Positions 53,824-64,000 of a stretch of DNA of 64,000 nucleotides are shown here, one piece after another. This DNA comes from Fimicolochytrium jonesii (taxonomy: Eukaryota). How positions within the stretch are numbered: the stretch's first letter is position 1; every line of letters starts with the position of its first letter. Where the stretch lies: assembly GCF_025526975.1 (NCBI RefSeq), contig NW_026515676.1, forward strand, positions 124,001 to 188,000, read 5' to 3'. A program made the translations under genes and the position numbers. A model generated the notes under the pieces. It had not been told where the DNA came from. It saw only the letters and a program-made list of their open reading frames with translations, and did no database searches.

Positions 53824-56517
53824 ATGGCCAGCAGCAGCAGCATACCACAGAAAAGGGATCTGGAGCTCTCTCCCGAAGAAGCGTCGCTGTCTACGTCGCC
53901 GAAACGAGTGAAAGACGAGGAGAACGGCCCCAGTACGGATGTGAAGCCGAAGACCGAGAGCTATGCGACGGATAAGGCATTTTTTCTGGAAGCCGATATG
54001 GGCATAACGGCCTACATGGCGCCGGACATTCCTGGGTTTGAGGGGCTTTTGAAGACACGGTATGTTTCTGTTTTCGTTCTAGGGAAGCTGTAGCTGTGGC
54101 CACTGTTCTAATTTCAAAAAACTTGGTTGATGTAGGTTCTCCGATTTCCAGGTCAACGAAGTACTCGCGGACGGAACCATCTGCCACTTGGAGTCGACTG
54201 CCGCACCAGCCGTTCCGGAAGAGGAGGCCGTCGAAGCAGTTGAACCGAATGAGGACGTGGGATACACAGAAATCGCCGAGTTAGTCAACGACGAAGCGTT
54301 CATGTCGAACCTGCGCGCAATGGTCGAAGCCGTCAACGTCAGCCGAGTGCGACCCAACACCCACCCCGAAACAGACGCCACATTAACCCCATCAACCGAC
54401 CCCGAACCCAAACCAGAGCCCGTCCCGCTCCCAGACCCCATAAGCACGATCGTCGCCGAAAAGTCCGCACGGACAAAGCTGCACAAGCTCATCGAAGTGC
54501 ATTTCGGCAGCAAGTTGGACAGCCAAGGCGCCGAAGGCGGCGGGCTATTCGTCCGGCCCAAAACCAATCAGAAGCGTGGGGACCGCAATGCCCGCGGTGG
54601 AGGCCGAGGCCCGCAGCAGAAGAACTCATGGGGCCCGCGGCGGAACAACAAGAAGGAGTGGGAGCTGTGGGGTGGGGAGTATACCGAGTTTACGCTGTAT
54701 AAGGAGAACATGGACACGATGAATGCGATTTCGAAGATTGCGGCGTATCTGCGGTGAGGACCCGCCTTGAGGAGAGGTTGGGATTTCTTCGCTCGTGTGG
54801 ATGTTACTGTTTTGCTGACAATCGTATTCTTTGGCGCGTGGACCAGAATGACGGGCAAGAGCTTCTCCTATGCGGGAACAAAGGACAAGCGGGCCGTCAC
54901 CACGCAGAAAGTCACCGTCTCGCGTGTGATGCCATGGAGGCTCGAACAGCTCAACAAGGGATTGAGAGGGATGCAGATCGGGGACTACAGGTAATGCTCA
55001 ACCTCACTGGGCACTTAGTGGGCATGCAAGTTGTTTCCCGGGAAATATGCCCTAATCTCCCGGCCTTGGACCTCTCTTACAGACCCAGACAGACCCAAAT
55101 GACCCTCGGCGAATCGCGCGGAAACCACTTCAAGATCGTCCTCAGGTAATTGCATGCATAAACACGATTCCTGAAACAACACCCACCCACTTGCTCCCAT
55201 CTCACGCCTCCCTCCCAATACAGAGACGTCCAAATGACTAACGAACACGACCTCAACCGCGCCATGTCCTCCCTCCGCGACAACGGCTTCGTCAACTACT
55301 TTGGCATGCAGCGCTTCGGCACGCGGTCGCTGCCCACTTACGCCGTCGGGATCGCGTACCTCGGTGCGAATTTCGAGAGGGGAGTGGAGATGATTATGGA
55401 GCCTAAGGAAGGGGGTTCGTAAAAAACTCTGAATATCCAGCTGGTGGCCAGCAGTGAATGTTGAATGGCTTTTTGTAGACCGCCCAGATGTACTGGAAGC
55501 CCGCCGCCTGTGGCGAGAGGAAGGCAACGCGGCTGAGGCGTTGAAGAAGTTGCCGAAGCATTTACTCGCTGAGCGGTCTATATTGCAATACTTCAAGAGT
55601 ACGAAGAATGTCAATAACTACCTTGGAGCTTTGGAGGCGGTAAGGAATTCAATGAATCCACAACATCTGGGTGGGTAGGCGGAACGGTTTCTCTGACCCA
55701 CAATACTGTCTGATTTTAGATTCCGCGCAACCTGCGCTTAATGTACCTCCACTCCTACCAAAGCTTTGTCTGGAACAACATGGCCACCGAGCGGCTAAAA
55801 CTCTACGGCCCAACCCCCGTCGTCGGCGACCTCGTCGACATCACCGGCTCCGACCTCGACATCCCAGACGAGGACGACGTAAACCCATCCGATGACGACA
55901 CCCCCGCTCCCAGAACCTCAAACAACAAACGCACGCGAACCCCCTCCCAAAAATCATCACAAAAAATCCTCACCATCCAGACCCCCGAACAAGCCGCCCA
56001 ATACACCTTCGCCGACGTCGTCCTCCCTTTACCAGGCTACGACGTAGAGTACCCCACCCACGCCCTCCGCTCCTCCTACACGACCTTCATGGCCCAACAC
56101 AACGTCGACCCCTTCTCCATGCACCGGAAACACAATACGGCCTCCCTCCCGGGTTCCTACCGCAAGATCATATGCAAACCGCGTGATGTAGCCTGGAAGT
56201 TGTTGAGGTACATCGACCCGGAGTGTGATCTCGCCATAACGGATTTGGAGAGGGTGCAGGGCAGGAAGGAGGTGGAGACGGTGGCGGGTGGGGGCAGGGT
56301 TGCGGTTGTGGTGGAGTTTACGTTGGGGGTGAGTCAGTATGCGACGATGGCGTTGAGGGAGTGCGCGAAGATGGAGACCGCTAGTGGGTTTCATGAGCGG
56401 ACATGGGTTGATAGTCAGAATAAGAAAGGCAAGGGAGGGAAGGAGGGGGCGAACGAGGAGGAGAAGGAGGCAGGGAATGGGGAAGGAGGGGTTGCCCCTG
56501 AGGAACCTGCGGTGTAG
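53824..56517 (+). CDS. PUS7: TruD-family pseudouridine synthase Pus7
   Basis: RFSDFQVNE, FTLYKENMDT, YAGTKDKRAVTTQ, GNHFKIVLR, GFVNYFGMQRFG, MYLHSYQSFVWN, GSYRK and YATMALRE. Confidence 0.96.
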
Positions 56518-57208
56518 AGGGAACTCGCGGTGTACAGTTTGGCTTCATCCAACATGTCCCTAGGTAGGTTTGCGTACCGGTAGGTGTGTATATGTAGATA
56601 AGGAATTTCCATTCCAACTAGACTGGTTGTGGAGCGAGCCCGTTTGTTTGTTTTAACTTATTCAAGTTCTCGTCAGACATGCAGAGATAACAGCGTAGTC
56701 AACCCACCAGAACTGAAGTTGAGGATGACTGCCTTGCGGACGATGTTGAGCCGAGTGTCAAGACTGATAGCAACGTCAAGTCGTCGAAAGGGGCCACCCT
56801 TTACTGTATGTTCATGGCACGATTCGTATCACTTCGTGAGGCCCATTACTCGGTACTCGGTGTGTAAGATGTTTCTGGACTTCGGGGAGACTGTGGCCGG
56901 CAAGCATGGGGAGATCGTGTTCCCAAACAAGCTGATGTGCATAGCATTCCTTCGTTCGAATTCGATTGGGCAACGAGAGATTCGAGAGTGTAAGGTGCGT
57001 TCGCCATCAACGTGCACGCCATAGCGTAGCTATGGCACTCACGTAGAACTTTCCCCAAGTGACAAAGAGCTTACTGGTCTGAAAGCTGACGCTGCCTAAC
57101 CATGCCCGGTTGAGGCCGTTGACCACATGAGGCCAGGACCAAGTTGCAGGCATCGGGATCTGGCTCATTTTCGACCAATATATCAAGACAATTCTCCAGA
57201 AGGAGCGG

Positions 57209-57256
57209 GTCATGGGATTAGGGTTGGGGATTAGGGTTATCACCGGGATTAGGGTT
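57209..57256. repeat. Three GGGATTAGGGTT telomere-like units
   Basis: Units at 57214, 57227 and 57245. Confidence 0.85.
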
Positions 57257-57890
57257 GGTGCGTAATTGATTTTCGAGCGTGAATGTTCTAGTCGTGCGTT
57301 GTTTTCCCCGACAAACGCAGTGATATATCCTGCAAGGATGGTGGGCAGCAGAGGGAACCCATTATACGGGGAGCAATGCGAGCGCTCATGGACAACGGCA
57401 CTTTATACGATTCCCCGATGCCTTATTAACACCGCCGGGGTGGGCGGCGTGCACGTTGCAGAAATAAAAATCGGTGAAGCCTATCTAAAATGAGATATCT
57501 TGTACACATGTATACGACCATGTAGTCTGGATGTACATACATTCACAGTCTTACACCTGGAGCCCGGGCGCGGGGCATGGAAACGCCATCTGCACGGCAG
57601 GACGACCATGAATGAATTCCGCTCGGCGGCTCAAGGTACAGTATTTTCCGTCGTTGCCATGCGGCCTCCCAATGGTCGACGATGTCAGCTGTGTTCGTCC
57701 GCCTTCATGCAACGCCTACTTTGATACGGCCCATCTTTCACCGACGATCGCAGCACCGGGCGCAATTGCGTATGGGCGTGGGCGCAACGCCCGTCTCGCC
57801 CGTCTCCTTACGCCCGTCAGGACTCAGGAGACTTCCAAGGCGCCCAACGCCCACCTGCACATGCACTGTCATGCAGAACTGCGCTGCGAC

Positions 57891-58350
57891 GCAGCCAATC
57901 AGCGACGCCTTCATTTCCGAAAACCTTAAATCCACGCGCGGTGATTGGCTCTGAGCACCAATTACGGTCGCACAGACGCGCGGGAAGGCACCTCGAAGGG
58001 AAGTTCAGCTCCAAGACAACTGTCAATTTCATGGCCGGGTTGTTCGTGGGCGTTGCGGAGAGCAAGTCGCAGCTCCTGGTTATCATACGAAGCGGGTATA
58101 TAAATCTCGGATTGTGTGCGCCTACTCGAACGGCCCTCGCACAGATACATGGCAACACAGCGCCAACGACGCCAACGACGCCAAATGATCCTTGTCAGTC
58201 TCACAGTGTCCCCTGGAGAATGATCAAAGCATAATCGCCAACTTGCCAGCAAGGTGGGGCGCTGCTTCTCTCCACACACATGATACGCCTGCTCACTTCC
58301 TGATGACACCCAGAACCATGTCTCCGCTTTCTGCTGGCAGATATAAAAGA
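57891..58350 (+). promoter_or_regulatory. Probable OPT-gene promoter: clustered CCAAT boxes and TATA-like elements
   Basis: AGCCAATCAG at about 57893, ATTGG at about 57944, CCAAT at about 57958, TATATAAA at about 58097 and ATATAAAAG at about 58341. Confidence 0.4.
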
Positions 58351-58423
58351 GGCGAGTGATCTAGCATCCCTCTTCCACATTTCAAGGTCCCAAGTTCTCA
58401 ATCCATTTTCAACCCTGTCCGCC

Positions 58424-60794
58424 ATGGCTGACACAACCGACACCAAGCATGTCGACGGCGACGTCCGTGACGTCCAGATCACCGATGCCGATGTCAAGGA
58501 TCATAAGGATTTCGAAGAGGTGCAGCCGCACGATGCCACCGCCTACAGCAATCACCCGGAGGAGACCCAAGTTACGGCACGCGCCATCCTCGTCGGAATG
58601 ATGCTCGGTACCATCGTCGGCGCTTCGAACCTCTACCTCGGGCTGAAGACCGGTTTCACCTTCGGCGCATCGCTATTCGGTGCCATTGGTGGCTTCGCTA
58701 TCCTCAAGCCGCTTTCTCGCGTCATAGGCGGTCACTTTGGCCCTAAGGAAAACTGCACCGTTCAGACTGCTGCGACCGCCTCCGGTGGTCTCACGATCAT
58801 CTTCGTCTCCGCCATCCCTGCCATGTACAAGCTCAACCTCCTTGGCGCATCGCCAAAGGAGGACATTGGTCGCCTCATGCTCCTTACCCTCGTTGGATCC
58901 TACTATGGTCTCTTCTTCGCTGTTCCCCTCCGCAAGTACTTCGTTATCAAGCAAAAGTTGCCTTTCCCTTCGCCCACCGCTTCCGCCTACACCATCCGCT
59001 CTCTGCACGAGGGTGCTGCCGGTGAGGCTGCCGGTATCAAGAAAGCCAAGGTCATGTTTGGCTGTTTCTTTGCCGCGATCATTTGGACGATTATCGGCTA
59101 TTTCGTTCCCGGTATCTTGAAAGACATGCATGTGTTCTACTGGCTTTACTCCTGGGGATACCACGCTGCCATCCAGGCCGAGAATTGGCACTGGTGGTTC
59201 GAATGGACGCCCGTAAGTACCGCTTCGTTCACCAGAAGAGTCTTGCGCCGTCTCGATACTGACTCTGCTTCCTCAATCTGACCTGACATTAGGCCTTCAT
59301 CGGCGCCGGAATGTTGAGCGGTATGAACGCATCCGCGTCATTGGCTTTCGGGTCCTTCTTGGCTTGGGGCCTCATTGGCCCAATGCTCGTTGCCAACGGC
59401 TTGGCGTTCGGAGGTCCAAAACAACTACTAATGGGTATGGAACCAACGGACCCTGGATTCGAGCCGGACTATATTCACTACATGGCTGCGATAACCGCCG
59501 ACCCCAAGAACGCGCCGTCGCCCAGGTACTGGATGCTCTGGCCCGGAGTGATGCTCATGGTAGTCACCTCCTTCGCTGAGCTCGGCTGGAATTGGAAGTA
59601 CATCTACTCTGGTTTGAAAGGTGCCATCGATGGCGTTTTCCGCAAGAACGGTGGCGCGGACGTCGATGGCGAAGACGTGGACCCCGCGCCCGCTCACGAG
59701 CAAGTTCCGGTCTGGGCCTGGAGCAGCGGTATCCTCGTTGCTGCCGTCTTGACCATCATCGTCCTCCGCACACAGTTCAACGTCGGCATTGGAGAAGGCA
59801 TCCTCTCCATCATCCTCGCTTTCTTCTTCGCCTTCATCGGGTTGCAATCCGCAGGTTACACCGACATCAACCCCGTCTCAGCCGTCGCCAAGACCTCTCA
59901 GCTCGTGTTTGGTGGCGTCACCAAAGGCCAAGGCATGGTCAAAGGCCAAGATCTCATCGACGCTCAGCGTCTGAACCTTGTCGCCGGAACCGTTGCCGCC
60001 GCCGCGGCGGCGCAAAGTGTCGACATGGTCGGAGACCTGAAAACTGGCCATATCCTCGGTGAGTATAAATTCCTAAGGAGAATGGACCATTTTTGGCATC
60101 CCTTTCGGCATTTGACCCTATTTTTTTCCTTAGGAGCCGCCCCGAAAGGCCAATTCTGGGCCCAAGTCGCCGGCACCCTCATCTCCGTACCCGTCTGCGT
60201 GGGCCTTTTCGTCCTCTATTCGCAAGCGTACCCCTGCATCACAGAGACCGACGCCTACATCAAGGCCAACAAGATCGAGTGTCCGTTCGACATGCCGTCC
60301 GTCGGCGCATGGAAGGCCTGTGCGATTGCGCTCACGGACCCCAACCCCGCCATTCCGAACAGCAGTGGATACGTTGCAATCGGCGCCGCGTTCTTTGCCG
60401 TCCTCACCGTCATCCTTCGCAACACGCTGTCACCCAAACTCGCCCGCTTCGTGCCCAACACCGCCGCTATTGGCATTGCATTCGTGTTGCCTGACACAAT
60501 CTACGGGTCCGCCATGGTGTTTGGAGCGGCGATTTCCTTGCTCTGGGAGCGGAAGTCGCCCGCCAGTGCTGCTTTCTACATGTCTGCTGTCGCCGCTGGA
60601 TTGATTGGTGCGTACTCTCATATTACTTGCGTCTGTTCTTACATCCATGACCAATTCCTCATCCATGTGTGTCTACTCTTCCAGCTGGCGAAGGTATCGG
60701 GGGTCTCATCCAGGCCATCCTACAGCTTGCAGGTATCACGCAAGCCGAACATGCCAATTACGTCGGATGCCCCTTCGGCCCAGGAGGATGCTAG
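58424..60794 (+). CDS. OPT/YSL-family oligopeptide or metal-chelate transporter
   Basis: NLYLGLKTG, PKENCTVQTAAT, AVPLRK, LPFPSPTA, TDINPV, DLKTGH and AGEGIGG. Three introns. Confidence 0.93.
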
Positions 60795-61273
60795 TTACCC
60801 CTTACTGTGACCACATTAGCGACCTCAGACGGCGAGAAGCAATAGATAGCTGGCTCTGTCTTTTCACCCCTCGCCTTTCTTTTGGGCGTACTTTCCCGCA
60901 TATACACCCACCGCTTAGGTACCGGCCCCAGGTTGACCTCAACTGTACATATATGCGCTTGTATACTCGGCGTACCTAATACATATCCTGTTTTGGGCGA
61001 TTTAGCGTGCTTCAAGTGCTGCTCTTGGGAAGGCGCGGTCCGATTTGGTAATCGTGGTGTCAATTTGTATGCCCCCCTTCCGCATTTGGGTCTCTTCCTT
61101 TCAACATCCAGCCAACAACAGAATCCATCCCATCCCATCGCGTGTATTATAGTTATCTTCCGGCCCGGGTATACATACGTATGCTATGCAAGGGCCTGTT
61201 CTATGTTCTGAATCCTACTCATCAAATCCTCCATGTATGTTTTAGAATACCTAAGCGTAGTGTTTGAATGCGT

Positions 61274-64000
61274 CTACGAGGCAGCTTTCGCGACCTTATT
61301 GGCCTTCACGAACAGACCGTGGGCTGGTGGGCACGAAAAGTAGCGGTTGCCTTGGACGAGTCCATCATGCTTGCCCACTGGAAGAATAGAAGCATCAGTA
61401 ATTTAATACAGAGGATCATAAGAGCGGTAGTTACTCACCAGGCCTATCCAATCCAATCCCACACCAAAGTCCAGTCTCAGGGTGCCCTTGCAACTGTCCG
61501 ACAAATTGCACGACGCCCGCACACGTTTCGCCCTTGATGTTGACGTTCACTCGCTCGCCTTCTTTGATAGGTGGGTATGCGCTGGCGTTGGTTTTCGATG
61601 ATGGGTGCGCGTCGAGGCTGTCGTCGTTGCGGTAGCTGGGCGTATGGGGTGCTGTTTGCGGTCGTTGTTGGCCCACTGTGTGAAGATCGCGGATGGGGAA
61701 TGAAAAGCGGTCAGTGACTTCTCACGCAGTCCCGGATCAACGATGGGATTCCCAAAGCGACTGTTCCGATAATGTTGCAATGCAAGACAAACCCAAAAAA
61801 CTCACGATGTCCAGACAGCTGCGGTCCAGATCCCCACCACCACCTGCTCCCACTTTCGGGATGGTTCCCTGTGGCAGGCGGCGGGTTCATCGAGAAGTCG
61901 TCCACACCGGCGCCGCCGTTTGTAAGGTTGCGCCCTGCAGCTTCTTGCTTCGCTCGGGATAGGCCTGGGAAGTATGTCAACTGTGACGGAGGGGCCGAGG
62001 CTGTATTAGAGACCATGGATGGGAAGATGGACACGCATGTTAGAAGATAGTACCAGACTTACCTCGATCAACGGATCTGCAAGTGACCCCCGCTGGAACT
62101 GCAGTCGGCGGACTTCGCGACGGAGTTTCTGGACTTGGAGCTGGTACGCCTGGTAGAGATGAGAGCGTACATTGCGACGTGACTTAGCATTGATATCCCT
62201 AGCCGTTATTTACCGACGCATAGAAAACTCCGCGATCTTTACCTTTTTCTGTCTATCCAGCAATATCCTGGTGCTTTCGTCTATTTTGTGAGACGACTTC
62301 GTCGTGCCGCCGCTATGAGCCTACATGTCCGACATAGATACCAAACAAGAGTCAGTTGTCAACGAGTGGAGAGTTTGGTCTCAAGATAATCATATGCCAT
62401 TACACTGCGCAGTTCAGCTTCCCGTGCACGCAGAAGGTCTATGGCATGGTCGCGTTCTCCAAGCTGCTCTTTGAGCGATGCGATTTGGTAGCGAAGTTGG
62501 GCGATGAGTGGCGCCGTGGCGGCGTCGGGGACGTCTTGGCGATGCGCGTGAGGTTTTTGATGCTCCTGCTGCAGTTGAGTGTAAGACCGGTGAGAAGGAA
62601 AGAAGAATACACGTAGCGGGCAGCAGCAATCAAACCAACCTGCTGAACATTCGCCCTTCCTTTTGGAGGCAGCGAGGGTAGAGCCCCAGTCCCCGATTGC
62701 TTATGCCCAGGTTTCTTCTCCTTTCTCTGCACTTTTGGCGACTTGTCCACCGAAGGCGATCGGTTCGAATACAATCGTGACTCCTCATCAGGCTCCCTAT
62801 CACCCGTCCGCGGTCCGGCGGTGTTTGTATTGCTGTGATGATGCGGATGCACCATGTTCGCTATGGAATTCAGCAACGACTTCGATTTAGCTTTCAAAGA
62901 AGTGTGTGAGGCCACGTGGTCGTTAGCGAGGTGCTGCTTCGACCCGGACGTGGACGATACATGGAAGTAACCTTCGTCGATTTCGGCGTCCACGGCGCGC
63001 GAAGATGGACGGCGCTGCGGGGTCTGCGATGATGGAATGGGCGGCAGCTGCCAGTCTGCGCTCTGATGCGCAGATCCTCGCCTCGATTCACGGCGGCTGG
63101 AGTTGTTGCTGCCTGGCCCTTGCTGCTGTCCAACGTAGTTTGCTTGCTCTCTGATATTCGCAGGCTCGTCGAAGGCGTCCATGCTGTAGCCGTAATCGTC
63201 ATCCGTCGCCGTGCGTGGTCTGATCGCGTATGCGTCGGAATCATGTCGGTTTTGATCGAGCTGGTTTGCGGACGCGGCCCGTGAAGAGTGTCGGCTGGCC
63301 TCGCGGGCCAGGCCAACGTCGACGGGTACTTGCGCCGCGTTATCATCATCAAAGGCATCCATGGTGTACCCGAAATCTTGACTGGCTGCATTTGACTTGT
63401 GCCTCCCGTTATCGTTTGCGAGCGCATTACGCGACCCACTCACGTTCTTGCGGCTCGCAGCGCGTGATTTTGCCTGCTGGTCGGTTAGCACATCCTGCGA
63501 GCCCTTCGCTGCACTGGGCTGATTCTGGTTGGACGATGCCGATGCTGCGCGGACGTTGTTGTGACTGGCCGCTTGTGATTTCGCAGGCGTATCGTTTAGG
63601 TGGGTGCGGGACACTGCCTGCGACTCGAAATCATCGGCGTATCCTTCACCCTCAGCGTCGTCCCGCTGCGTGTCACGATCCTCTTCGAAATCGTTTGCGC
63701 TATAACCGCGAACGTCGTTATAACTCGGAGTATGCGATCGGCCGGTAGATACCTCTCGCGATCGCTGTGAAGCGAGATTGGGGCGACTAGCAGCGTGTGA
63801 CGTCCCAGCCGCGTCCTGCAGCGCTGTTTTTGAGGATGTGCTACCTTCTCCACGTATGTCTTTGCGACTTGCAGCCTGCGACTTGCTGGCTTGTTTACCC
63901 AGCTGCTCCCGAGAAGCGTGCTGGGAAGCAGTCACACTCGCGGCCCCTTCCGGCCCAACGTGCCCGCTCCCTACAAAGTCGTCCTCATACCCATTCGCAT
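61274..64000 (-). CDS. CAP-Gly domain protein with a long disordered N-terminal region (5' end outside the window)
   Basis: GERVNV...GVVQFVG...GLWCGIGLDRP is spliced to VGKHDGLVQGNRYFSCPPAHGLFVK*. Confidence 0.85.

Overview
Gene-dense, intron-rich eukaryotic DNA with short GT-AG introns and CTAAC/CTGAC branch points. It is most consistent with an early-diverging fungus, probably a chytrid; this is inferred from gene content and style, not tested. About 30 protein-coding loci can be read, mostly housekeeping genes and often in head-to-head pairs: a PsiD-type phosphatidylserine decarboxylase, a 2H phosphoesterase, a RING-CH ligase, a BtuF-like binding protein, PRP4, HADH, SEC12, PTRHD1, ECD, SGF29, PRMT1, CTF8, an M14 pseudopeptidase, RRB1, a Cof HAD hydrolase, a phytase, QCR8, a Bet v1-like gene, FHIT, an RPR2-like gene, a U1-type Zn finger, RanGAP, SLD5, YAK1, VMA13, PUS7, an OPT transporter and a CAP-Gly protein. 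I found no rRNA, tRNA, CRISPR array or intact transposon. Signals the ORF track does not show: (1) a sawtooth of C/A-rich and G/T-rich blocks that ignores gene orientation; (2) clusters of telomere-like GGGATTAGGGTT motifs, with an identical 17-mer on each side of PUS7; (3) single frameshifts in otherwise intact HADH and Bet v1-like genes; (4) a broken PRA1/YIP3 copy; (5) a possible viral D5-helicase relic; (6) a 5-nt microexon in FHIT and at least five AAG splice acceptors; (7) an E2F site plus two MCB boxes upstream of SLD5; (8) a catalytically dead, membrane-anchored carboxypeptidase. Exon boundaries were read by eye and family calls come from motif recognition, with no database search.
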